A DNA stretch of 64,000 nucleotides, from the NCBI RefSeq assembly GCF_009914755.1, contig NC_060934.1, one strand, 5' to 3'. Shown piece after piece: positions 42,436 through 57,605 of the stretch. This DNA is from the human T2T-CHM13v2.0 reference genome, Homo sapiens. Below the pieces are notes generated by a model, which saw only the letters and a program-made list of their open reading frames with translations, was not told the origin of the DNA and did no database searches. The position numbers and the translations under genes are program-made. How positions within the stretch are numbered: the stretch's first letter is position 1; every line of letters starts with the position of its first letter.

Positions 42436-44300
42436 TTAAAAAGAGTTTCCAGTAGCTGTGCCATCCACAGTGCTTGATGGTAGTCAGGGGCCGGGTGGAA
42501 TGTGAAGTGTGTTTGTTTGTTATAAAATTGATTAAAACAAGTTTTAAAAAGCAATTTTAAAAAGTAAAAGGAAAGGGATACATAGATATAGAGGGTGACT
42601 GATACAATGTCTACTGTTGATTCTTTCATTTTTCAGGTATCTACAGAGCATTGACTACGTGCTAGGTATTATGCAAAGGGCTTTGATTTCTGAGAGATAG
42701 AGACAACAGTGAATATCAAAATCATTCTGCGGCAGTGAGTCACTGATCTGCACTGTACATATTTCATAATCATGGGCTGCCTCTACACAGAAACATCTGG
42801 AAGCAAATAAAAAGTCATATCCAAGTGAATGTAACTATTTAGTGACTCCAGGATAATTGACTTACAGCTGCCTCTCTGCAGACGTATCCCAGGGCTATTT
42901 GGAGAGAAACAGGATAAAGTGATAGTTATTTTAAAATATTTTTGAGAAAAAAATTTAGAAGCAATAGCTGAAACTATAGATTATCAGCAAGTTAATGCCT
43001 TTTCAGGGGGAGGTTATCTAAAAAACGTTAGCTGTGACATTTGATTAGTAAAGTAAGTAATCTGCCATAAAATGGCCATCATGTGGTCTGAATGTCTGCC
43101 TTCAATAAACCTCTGTAATAAACCACTGCTATAAACCCATAAAACTTTCCAGGTGCAATCTGCTGATCCTTCTGCAAATTGGCAATGCACCTTGTCCCAA
43201 TTCCAACCTTAATCATCGGTAAAGTAGGCTGTACAAAAACACTGTATTCATTGTTTTTGAAGCAACTTTTAAAACCAAAACCAATTTCTTAACTATTTCC
43301 TTGCATTGGCCAAGGAAACTAGTAAACATCCACGGTTTAAAATTAAAAATATTTAAAAATAAATTCTATTCAACACACCATAAACCATTTATTAACTATT
43401 TAAAAGAAGAAAAGATGAAGAAATATACTAACTGAAAAAGAAACAGGCAAATGTTTTCACATCAACATTCTAATTCAATTTAACTCCAATCTGGGAAATG
43501 CTTTAGCCATTAACATTGTATATCTATGGAACAAGTTTAATTCTTAAGCAATTATTAATTCATTTATGAGTGACCCAATAAAGATTGTGTGTATCCTCCT
43601 ATGCACTCCAAGAAGGCAGCACAGCTCAGAATCGCCTTCAGAAATGCATGCAGGTCAAGTGCAAGTCCTCATTCTACAGCTCATTATTTAAATACCCCCA
43701 GTTAGGTCAGTTGATCTATAAAATGAGGATAGAAATAAAATATGTGATAATACCATTGTCACAGTTACAAGTATTTTGTATGGTGCCTGGCACAGAAAAG
43801 ACAGTCAATACATGGAAGCCACTGGGGGTACAAGTATGATTCCCTTTATGTTTAGTATGTGCCTGCTGTGACCTGTGATTAAATTTGCTTTATGGTACAA
43901 TTTCAGTTTTGTTCTATTAATAGTAAGTTAGGTCCATTTAGCCCATTGACAGATGTTCTTTGTCTGAATGAATCATCCGTGTTTCTTAGATATTCTATTT
44001 TTATTGCTTCCTGTGGCTTTGTTTTATTTTTATCTATTGATCGGTTTTGTGTTTTTTGTGTTTTTTGCTTTAAGTGCATACCTCTGAAAATGCTAATGAG
44101 CTGTACCTTTGTTTTAGTGGTTGATTTAGTAACTAAGTCTTACGTAACATACTTAATTCTGTATTTTCTTAGAAAGTACCCATTAACTCCCTACTATAGG
44201 CAGTGATGAAATCATTATTTCTACTTCCTGCTGCCTCTCCTCCTTCCCCTTTATCCCCTTTATCACCTAATTTCATTTATTATATTCTTAACGTTCACTC

Positions 44301-44575
<275 letters not shown>

Positions 44576-44639
44576 TTACATTCACTTTTAAAAGGCTAAA
44601 TCAAATATACCTCTCTTCTTTAGTTGAGCAGCTTCTTTG

Positions 44640-45990
44640 TAAAGTTTTCATTAATTTTATAATAGATACAGAAAAGTGTGCAAATCCTAAGTGTGCAGCT
44701 CAACCAATTTTGACAAACTGCATGTACCCACATAACCACATCCAGACCAAGATGTAGACCATGAGCACCATGTCAGAAGCTCCCTGTGCCCCTTCCCAGA
44801 CATTAACTTCCCGCAGACATAACCACCACTCTGACTTCTATCTCCTCAGGTTGGTTTTCTTATTTTCAAACTTTATATAAATGAAACCTACTGTAACTAC
44901 TCTTTTTGTCTGGCTTCTTCTGCTCAATATTTATTATATCTGGGAGATTCACCCAGACAATTGCATGCAGTAGTAATTTAGTCCTTTTAACTGTCATATA
45001 GTATTTCACTGTAGTACATAAAAAATGACATGATATATCTGGACTATTTCCATTTGGGGGTTATAAATAATGCTGCTATGAACATACCTATGTATGTCTT
45101 CTTGTGCACATGTGAGCACATTTCCATTTAGGAATGAGAGTGAATCTGTTAGGTCAATGTGCATGAGAATGTTCAACTTTAATAAATACAATAGTCCCCC
45201 GTTATCTGTGGTTTCTCTTTCCATGGTTTCAGTTATCTGAAGTCAACCACAGTCTGAAAATATTAAATGGGAAATTCCAGAAATAACCAATTTATAAACT
45301 GCATGCCATTCTGGGTAGGGTGACAAAAATCTCACACCGTTTCTCACCATCCAACGTTGATGTGAATCCTCCCTTTGTCTGGCGATCCACACTGTCTACT
45401 TTAGCCGCCCAGTAGTCACTTAGCAGCCATCTTGGTTATCAAAGAGCTGGTATTGCGGTGCTTGTGTTGAAGTAATCTTTTACTTAATAATGGCCCCACA
45501 ATGCAAGGGTATTGATATTGGTAATTCAGATATGCCCAGGAGACAAGTAAAATGCTTCCTTTAAGTGAAAAGATGAAAGGTCTCAACTTAATTTTAAAAA
45601 GAAAGAAAATCGTATGCTGACGCTGCTAAGATCTACGGTAAGAATGAATTTTCTACCTGTGAAATTGTGGTGAAAGAAAAAGAAATCCACGCTTAGCATC
45701 TAAGAGCATTTGGTACTATCCACACTTTCATGCATTCATCGGGGTCTTCGAATATATCCCCCAGATAAAGACAGACTATTATACTGCCAAACAGGTTTCC
45801 AAGTGGCTGTGCTACTTTACATTCCCAGCATTTTATGAACGCTTCCATTGCCCTACATCTTTGTCCACACTTGATATTATCCTTTTTTCAAAGCCATTCT
45901 GGTGTCTGTGCATCCTGTCTCATTGCGGCTTTCATTTGTATTTACTTGACGACTAATGGTGGAAAGCTCTTTTTCTCATGGCCATTGGCC
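44640..45990 (-). mobile_element. L1ME-type 3' region hosting MER44
   Basis: Antisense L1M 3' UTR motifs (AATAATGCTGCTATGAACAT, TTTCCAAGTGGCTGT). Confidence 0.7.
45189..45781 (+). mobile_element. MER44B (Tigger7-derived)
   Basis: TA|CAATAGTCCCCCGTTATC...GATAAAGACAGACTATTA|TA, degenerate TIRs with TA TSD. Confidence 0.82.
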
Positions 45991-46255
45991 ATGACATTGC
46001 TCCATAACCACAGTGTAGCTCCAGTCACACTGGCTTTGCCTAAGTCCTTCCAATAGACCATGTTCCCCACCACCACAGGGCCTTTGCACATACTCTTCTC
46101 TTTGACCTGGAATGCTCTTCTCTCCCTCTGCCTACCCTTTGTCCAATAAACTCTCAACTTATAATCCTTCTTCATTTATTAGCCCAAGTACTCACTCCAT
46201 CCTCAGGAAAGTCCTCCAAGCTCCAGCCTGAGGCAGATATATTGGGCATACAGAA

Positions 46256-47055
<800 letters not shown>

Positions 47056-47820
47056 CCTGCTCCTCTCCTTCCCAGGACTCATTGTAATTATGCATTCCCA
47101 GGTGGGATTTTTTTCAGTAATTTCATCTCCCCATTAGATTACTAGATTATCAGAGTTGCAGGTTAAAAAGCATGCCCGACTCCCTTCAATTCTCTTGCAT
47201 CCTTCATCCAAACCTCATCTGCCCTGCATCAGAAAATCCTACTTTCAAAATAACCTAAATCCAACCACTTCCAACCCCCCTCCATCACGCCTATCTTGGC
47301 TCAAGCCAGTACCATCTCCTGTCTAGGGCCTGAAGTCACCGCCCTTGACAGGCCTCTGCTTCAATGCTTGCTCCCCAAAAGTCAACACAGTGACTAGGTT
47401 GATCCGTTTCACATGTAAGCCACAGCATGTCATTCCTGTGTCCAGAACTTTCCAGGGCTCCCCTAATTGGCTCACGGCTAAAAGCTGAAGTCCTTCCAGG
47501 GGGCCTGCAGGCCTCCTATTACCTCTGGCTCATGTCTTCTCCCCTGATGCTCACTCCAACCTCCTGCTGCCCCTTGGCTATACCGAGCATGCTATACCTG
47601 ACCTTTGCTCAAGCCATCCCCTCTGCCCAGAATGCTCTTCTCATACCCCCTTGGCTCCCCATTGATCCCCTTCTTGAAAAGCAGCTGCCACCTTCCCAGA
47701 GTCTGCCCCCATGACTACCACTGCCAGCTGTCCGCTGGTTTTGTTTCCCTTCTCTCCATAGTACGTGCCACCTTCTAACATACTATAATAGTAAACACTA
47801 TGATTTGTTACATTTCCTGC

Positions 47821-48212
47821 TGATGTAGTTTGGATCTGTGTCCCTGCCCAAATCTCACGTCAAATTGTAATTCCCAGTGTTGGAGATGGGGCCTGGTGGG
47901 AGGTGATTAGATCATGGGGGTGGATCTCCCCCTTAGAACTGTGTTTGATAATGAGTGAGTTCTCATGAGATCTAGTTGTTTAAATGTGTGTGGCACCTCC
48001 CCAGTCTTTTGCTCCTGCTAGGGGCATGTAAGCAGTGCCTGCCTCCCCTTCACTTTCCGCCATGACTGTAAGTTTCCTGAGGCCTCCCAGAAGCAGAAGC
48101 CACAATGTTTCCTGTACAGCCTACAGAACCGTGAGCCAATGAAACCTCTTTTCTTAATGAATTATCCAGTCTCAGCCGTTTCTTTATAGCAGTGAGAGAA
48201 TGGACTAATACA
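47821..48212 (+). mobile_element. MSTA/B solo LTR inserted in an L2 fragment (~47150-48350)
   Basis: TGATGTAGTTTGGATCTGTG...GGACTAATACA; near-TSD CCTGC/TCTGC. Confidence 0.85.
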
Positions 48213-48485
48213 TCTGCCTTGATTTGCCTCCCGCACTAGAACACAAGCTTCAAGGTGGCAAGAATCCTTGTTTTGGTCATTTAGGCATCCTCAGCACCTA
48301 GAACACGACCCAGCACATCATAGGCCCCCAGTAAATATTTGCTAAGTGCTCAGGGCTCTTCTGTTTTTGCTCAGCATTGTTTCCTCAGTTCTTATGACAG
48401 TGCTGAGTACATGAAAGGTTTCCAGAGGTGTGTTGTGTTTTTGTGTTGTTGTTATAATAAAATGAATAAATAAAAGAAAGAATCT

Positions 48486-49703
<1,218 letters not shown>

Positions 49704-51389
49704 CATATGAAATTTAATAACATATTAAAGAAAAATGCACACAGCAAACAGAACAGAATCTATATCTGAACCAGATAATCCTGTGGTTCCTTAATAATCT
49801 GTGGTTCATGGGTCAAGGAGGCTTTGGTGGTTTTGGACCCTTTTTACTTTGGTTACATTGTCCTTCTACCGGCTTGTATGTCTACACTGTAAGCTTCTTG
49901 AGAAATAAGAACAGCATATTACCATCATACTAGATATTCATTTTGATTTCTCCAAGGGAGTCACAATTTAAAATATTCAGTCCTGTTATTCCCATAAAAA
50001 TCCAAATACCCAAAATTCCAGTGTTTTGGCATCCAAACACTGTCTCCCAGACTGTTTGCTTGAAGCCAGATGTAGAACAAAATCCCTTTATCAGAACAAA
50101 CACGACATTCCTTGACTCGGAAACTATGTCTACTGTGATTATTTTTGCCTCTGCAGCACTTAGCACATATATGGCCCCCAAGAAGAACTTGTGAGACACA
50201 GTAAGGTTTTGCATAGCCAGGAAAAACAAAAACAAACAAAACAGAAAATCGGGAAGGCATGAAGGAAGAGATAGGCTTAGGGTCAAAGACACGGGTGCAG
50301 GGCCCAGCCACAGGCAGGTGTGGGTCGGGCACAGGTGAGACCTGGGAAAATGGTACTGCCAAAGGTTCTCCATAGACTTCCTGCCAGGAGAAATGTGGGT
50401 GGCCTCCACCTTTGGTCAAAGTGGGGCCCCAAGAGCACTGGGGCCAAAAGGTACAGGGAGACACGTACAGGACGTGCCCTGGAACATGAGCTGTGACACA
50501 GGATAAAACTCAGTTGGTTCAATGTTCTAAAACTGCATTCATGTCTTCATGCGGGGGTACAAATGAAGCCACAGGCAGCAGCCGCCTCCAAATATCCCAC
50601 CTCATTTTAGGTAAAAAGTGGATGAGAACACTGGAACTAGATTCTAGTACTGGCATCGAGGTGCTCCATATAATTTTTTTAAGGAAATGACTGAGGAGAG
50701 GACTCATGATTCCTTCCAGCAGTGCTGGGGAAATGGCTCTGACAGACACTATTATTATGGCCAGACGTTTCCTCCTGGAAGAGCTGCAAGAGGTGAGCCT
50801 CTCTCTCTAGGGGACCAAACTCTCAGTCATTTCTAACATGGGTGAGACAAGACCTGGTCCACAGAGTGCCAAACGACCGTGACCAGGCTATCACAAGGAC
50901 ACCCAGAGCTGTGCAGGGAGTGTGCTACGTTTTTCCTTGTGACCTCAAAACATCAGCTGTTTCTTCCAAGCTCTGATCTAAGCACCAACTTTTCTACATC
51001 CCCATTTATAAGGGATGTAAGTCGGTCCCCAGTTATAGGCAGGAATTGTGGTGACATCCTGAGTCCCAACCACACACTTGGTGTTTCATTTCTTCTGATC
51101 ACACGTCAGACCCTGACTGACTTACTGTAATTTAAATTCTTGAGAATGAGGTTGAAAGCCAGCCCTCTGACACGGCAGTGCTTACTACTGCAATCTGTTT
51201 GAGGCTTGCCAGCTAGGAAAATATCCAAAATAATAACAGTGGTGCAATAAATCACTTCAGCAGGGCTGCTGTCCCCGAACCCCCTTCCTTAGTTTATGAC
51301 CCAGGGAAAATATCTTAGGGTCCTCAAAGGAGGATTCTTTGGGGTGGGGCAGGTGATGAGCTGCCATTAGATGACCCACCTGAACATAG

Positions 51390-51754
<365 letters not shown>

Positions 51755-52405
51755 CTAAGCATGATTTTAGAGGTCATTGTCAATATGTTCTCTTGGAGAC
51801 TCAGAATGTTAATTTCCAATCTGTCCGTAGTTGCTCCCAGAATGGAAGAAACCAGTGACTGTTTCTAAATGAGATCACAGCCTCACAAGTGAGTTAGTAT
51901 AAAGGGGTCCTGGGCGCACAGGAAGAATAATCATAGGTGAGGGGCCGAACTTTTGCTCTCCTGCTGAACTGGATGTCTTCCTTGAATTCCTGAAAAGTCT
52001 ATTTTGTCCCAATGTAGTGATAAAATGTAAATGTTGGTTTTTTTCTCTAACCTTATATTATTAAGTTAACAAAAGTAAAATTCTACTTGAAAAAAAGGAA
52101 GTATTGAGTTATAAGGACTCTTTCAAAGTCTTCTGCTTAAAATGATGGAAAAGGAGACAGGTATTTCTGTAGTAACACGGCAAATGTATTCCAGTAAAAG
52201 TTCCCAGTCTAAAACCCAGCTCACCAGCCAGCCCATTCAAAATCTATACAGGTCTAGAAGCAGAAGACTGAAAAAAATTAATTTTAAAAACACATTAGCA
52301 CAATTAAGGAGACACGTTGAGTTGCTCAAAACAGTGTTTAAATACAGCTGTAATTATAGGATTTGATCTGAAAAGGAAACAAGCAGGGAGGCAGGTGATG
52401 CCAGC

Positions 52406-52550
52406 GATGGAAGGCGGCGTGGAGATGGAAGGCGGCGTGGAGATGGAAGGCGGCGTGGAGATGGAAGGCGGCGTGGAGATGGAAGGCGGCGTGGAGATGG
52501 AAGGCGGCGTGGAGATGGAAGGCGGCGTGGAGATGGAAGGCGGCGTGGAG
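52406..52550 (+). repeat. 18-bp tandem repeat, 8 perfect copies
   Basis: (GATGGAAGGCGGCGTGGA)x8. Confidence 0.98.
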
Positions 52551-52666
52551 CTGCTGAGTTGAAGGCTAGGGCAAAACGGAGAAGAACCTGAGCAATGCAC
52601 CAGCACAGGCCCCACTGACGCCGAGGAACAGGAGGCACAGGGCACCACGCACGGGACTCCGCAGCT

Positions 52667-52951
52667 TCCACGCTCGCCCCTGACAGTGCACTCTGTGGTC
52701 AGGTGCTGGTGCTGGGTCCCACAGACTATTCATAGACTCCACACTCACCCGTGACAGCGCACTCTGTGGTCAGGTGCTGATACTTGGTCCCACAGCCCAT
52801 TCATAGACTTTACACTCACCCGTGACAGTGCACTCTGTGGCCAGGTGCTGATACTTGGTCCCACAGACCACTGATAGACTCCATATTCACCCGTGACAGT
52901 GCACTCTGTGGCCAGGTGCTGGTGCTCGGCCCCACAGACCATTCACAGACT
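52667..52951 (+). repeat. 71-bp minisatellite, about 4 copies
   Basis: TGACAG recurs at 52681, 52752, 52823 and 52894. Confidence 0.95.
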
Positions 52952-55900
52952 AGCAAAAGTCACACATGAACCAATGCTGCTTCTGTGTCATAATGACATC
53001 ATCCCTGTATCTGCCAACCACACAGGGCAAATATGCACTAGAAAAACACATGTGACAGCAGACCAGCCTGCCCGGCCGCCTCCTAGGCTTCTCCTGCTTA
53101 AGCTCCCTTAAGCACTGCAGCCACTACACAGAAGCTTTGTTGATTCAGCGCATCCATATGTGCAGACACCGCGCTCACACAGGGTGGGGAATACCCAGAA
53201 ATGCAAGAGACACATTTTCTGCAAGCGGCTCAGCATTTGGTGAGGGTGCAGATGAATAAATCAATGTGAGATAACTGTCAGAAAAGAGAGATGTACACGG
53301 TTTGATCACTAGTCCAGCTGTTGGACCTATACCACTTCTATCTGTTGACTTGGGAGGCAATTTTATGGCATCATTAGGAGCAACAACTCAAGGTTTAAAG
53401 CTGCCTGGATTCTTAATCTGCCCCTCCTGGGAAATGTGAGCTGAGTCATCCCATGCTCCCTGTGTCTGTTTTTCTATAAGGCAGAGGTAATAATAACAGT
53501 ACTGTCTTCCATGTTGGAGGAATAAATGAAATCACGTGCATAAGGCACTTAGCACTGTGCCAATAATGCTTGGAGCTGATTCCCACTCTCCCTCTGCTAA
53601 AGACTGAAGCATCTTGAAGGCAGAGAATCCCTAGGGCTTTTTGTCATGGCCCTTTCCATGCCTGTCACATAGCAGGCACCTCACAATGGTCTGCTGCAAG
53701 AATGAATGCTAATAGGTAAGAATATGCATTTGAGAACTGCCAAAGGCAATTCTTTTTCTTTACTCCTTTTGACACTCACAATTCCATGACGGAGGAAGAG
53801 CCAGCGGTGGGACCTGCACCTTCCTGATGACGACACTGAGCCTTGGAGAATGAGGGCATCTCACCCGAGGCCACATGGCTGGTCAGCAGAGCGACCAGCA
53901 CCAGCATCCCAGCCTGTGAGCCCCATACCTTCCAGCCTGGACCACAGCCACATCTGCGCCTATAGAGTCCTAGGCCGGCACAGCGCTAGGCTAAACCAGC
54001 TCACAGCCTGCACTAGGGTATTAAACACAGTTTCTAATTCTGACATCTTGGGGTTTCTCGATCACAAAATCCCATTAGCTCAACACGCCTACAAAATACT
54101 CGTATGTGAGACAAGATGTGGTTATTTTTAAACTGCATTTCAAACCGTTCTGTGTGGGGAGATGTATTTTTGGCACACACTGACTTTAATTATGCACCTG
54201 TGACAGTGGAATCACACTGCATGTGGCACTGGCTCTGGAAGACACAAACCACAAAAGTGGGCTGACCTCGTCCCCATTTCCCTGTGGCACAGGAGCACAG
54301 CCCTGCTGACACCTCGATTTAGCCTAGTGTGCTCCCCGTGGGGGACTGGGGCTGTATGTCGAAGCCCACAGACACACATTGCAAACGACACTGTCCTGTC
54401 TGGGGTTGACACCAGGTACCCGAGTAGGGTCAGAGCCAGAGGCTGGGGATGGCGGGCCCAGATTTGGCTATTAAAGCAGCAACTTCACAGTCTAAGAGCA
54501 GGTACGGAGACTTTCCTGTGAGAAAGCATCAGGGTAAATAAGATGCCCCTGAAGAAAGAAAAACCCACGAAGACAAATAGCACTGATGTGATCCCCATGC
54601 ACGGCCTCCTTTTCACCCTGACCACAGGCAGGAGAGTGCGCTCAGCCAATGCATTCACTGAGGGGAGCTTGGCATTCTGCCTGGGGTGGGCCTCTCACGG
54701 GTGAAAGACTACCTGAAGCCAGGAAGACGAAGTGAGGACAGCCTCGCCGGCTGCTCCCTGCTGGACGCCCCATCTACGGTGAGGCTCCTGTGCAGCCCAG
54801 GAAAGGTAGGTCAGTGAATAAACACCATCTGCACCTCAGCCAGGTCTCCGTCCATATCCTCAGTGCACCTCCCATGTTGCAGGTGCTATTCTGCACACCA
54901 GGGGCTGGGCAAGCAGGAGAAACAAGGCCACATCTAACATGGGGCTTACTCACAAGGAAGGGGCAGATACAACCCAAGGAAATAAGTAAATGAAGGTTCA
55001 GAGAGAGACCCAGTCACCCAAGACCAACCTGGGACTTTCCTCATACAGTAACTAGAAGCCACCAGAGCCTTTCAACAGAGGAAGGAGATGATCCAGGGAA
55101 TGTTTTAAAATCAGAAGTCACCTAAGGTCACCACTCAAGGAACTCTGTGAGTGATTAGGACTCTCATCTTTCTGATGAGGCAACTGAGCCTCAGAGACAT
55201 GAGATCATTTGTTCCAAAGTCCCCCAATCTAGAAACATCAAGGCCAAGGTCTGCACTCAGCATGCCTGTCTACAACATCTCATTGGCACACCCTGCGTGG
55301 CACTCTGCCGGTGGAATTCCCAACTGGAGGGACAAAAACACCACGCTCCCCCGACCTTCCCATTCAACCCCAACACATTTAGGATTAACAGGACCTTTTA
55401 ATTTTTGACCGAAAGCACAAATAAATGTGAACACTTTCTCTTTTTCAAAGGATAATTTCAATTATAGAGAAATCATGCAAAGCATCAGACGACAGCTCCC
55501 CTAATTAATGCACAAAACAGGCTGCACACGCCCTGCTTGGATCTGACTGTCATTTCCTCAGAGGCCTGGAGCCCCGTCTAGGGTACTGGAGGCACTGTGG
55601 GGACACGAACATAGCTCCAGCTCAAGCTTTGCGGGCTCATGTGTTCATCCCTCATAAAACATAAGAGATTGTTTGCAGTTGACAGTTGTGCACATCCAAA
55701 TATTTCTTATTAGTTATTATTCTTTTTTTATACGAGTATTTATAAACCAACCTTCGGATCTCCTTAAAGTTAGTTCTACAAATGTTCTACCTGAATTCGT
55801 CTGAACTGAAAAGTGGCGGAGGTTAAGCAGTTCGAAAGTCTGTTTGATGCGGTGCAGTCTGAGGGGTGGGGTGGAGAAAGAGCAAAGCTTGGAGTCAGAG

Positions 55901-56286
55901 CTTGGCTCAGATGCCCCCAATCCCATGAGCTCCCTGGGAAGGAACCTTATCTGTTTGTACACAGTTCCCAGCACAGCAGCTGCCCCTAGCACATTTACAC
56001 AGACCGCTGGGGGAGTCAGGGGTCCACTCTGCCACTTGGAAGCCATTAGCTTTGAGTGCACCCTTGATGGCTCTCAGGGCCAGGGGCAAGGAACCTCCTC
56101 CCTCCCTAGGCCAGAGATGGTGCACGTGCAAAGGGGCTTGGAAACTACTCCCAATACAGAAGAGCTATAGAAAGAAAACTAGAATATGGTGCCATTAGAG
56201 AGCCACACAGGACGGTAGAGATCAAGTGCTAAGTTGAGAAAGAACAGATCAGCAGGAGGTGGGGCAGGAACAAAATGCCCTGGGGA

Positions 56287-56748
56287 TGGGGCGGCAGAAT
56301 AACTCCTACCCAAAGATGTCCACGCTCTAATCCGCAGAACCTGTGCATATATTAGATTACACAGCAGAGAGGAATGAGGGTCACAGATGGAATGAAGGTT
56401 GCTTGAGGAAGGGAGATGATCCCAGGCTATCCAGGTGGGCCCGGTGTAATCTCAAGGATCCTCAAAAGGGGAACAAGAAATCAGAACAGAGAACCAGACA
56501 GGCAGTCACATGAAGACTCCACCTGCCTTTGCTGGCTCTGAAGAAGGAAAGAGCCACTAGCAAGGAATGAGGCAGCTTCTCAAGACTGAAAAGGGGAAGA
56601 AAATTGATTCTCCCTACAGTCTCCAGAAAGAGCATCGCCCTGCATACCTTGATTTAGCCCAAGGAGACGTCTGTCCTCCAGAACTGTAAGAGAATACATT
56701 TGTGGGAAGAGGCTACGTTTGTCACAGCAGCAATAGGAAACTCATACA
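56287..56748 (+). mobile_element. MLT1D-type LTR
   Basis: GCAGAATAAC...CCAAAGATGTCCAC...GCAGCAATAGGAAACTCATACA. Confidence 0.8.
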
Positions 56749-57419
56749 TGGATCAGATGGGATTCATGTGAGTGGAGCATGGTTGGGCAGTAGAAGTTTC
56801 AGGCAGGGGAACCTGCTACAGAAAGGGCCTGGAGTCAAGAATTGCACGGCGTGTAGAGTGTGCAGGCAGGAGCTCACCTTCCTGGAGCAAGACCTCGGAC
56901 TGATGGGACTGACAGAGAGGGAGGCCTGACAGTCTTGAGGCCCAAGGTCAGAAAGGCCCTTGAGCCTCCAGGAGGGAGACCAGCCAGGATGTGCATGGTC
57001 CCAGGAGCCATGCAGGGCTTGACCCGGGGGAACACAATGGAGGGAGCCACAGGAAAGCCTGGAAGGTGTGTGTGTGGCAGAGACAAGAAGCACTGGCAGG
57101 GAGGCAAGGGAAGACAAATGCCACTGCCTCGTGTGCCACGGCTCTGCCCCGCCATGCCCCAGGCATTCCACCTTCTCCTCCTGTCCTTTCTGGACCAACA
57201 GCATATGGAAGAGAAGTGTTCAAAAGGTGGAAGAGGAACAACCTGGGTCCAGGTACTGGTGGTCTCACTTTTACTCACGACAGTCTTTGGAGAAGACATT
57301 GCCTCCCTGAGTCTCAGAGCTCTCTCTGTAAAATTAGGATCATTCAGCAATATCCTTTCTTACTGTGAGCATCCAGGCTAATGCATTTTAAATCCTGCGC
57401 ATTGCCTGATCCAAGCTCA

Positions 57420-57605
<186 letters not shown>

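Noticed and set aside
49930-50464. Overlapping 159-aa and 167-aa minus-strand ORFs
   Set aside because: No recognisable domain; non-ATG starts; consistent with chance.
52304-52671. Repetitive ORFs (MEGGVE)n, (STPPSI)n, (PSPRRL)n
   Set aside because: They follow from a stop-free 18-bp unit; no splice or homology support for coding.
52667-52951. CRISPR-like array (regular period, palindromic units)
   Set aside because: The whole 71-bp unit is repeated with no unique spacers, there are no cas genes and the context is a primate intron.
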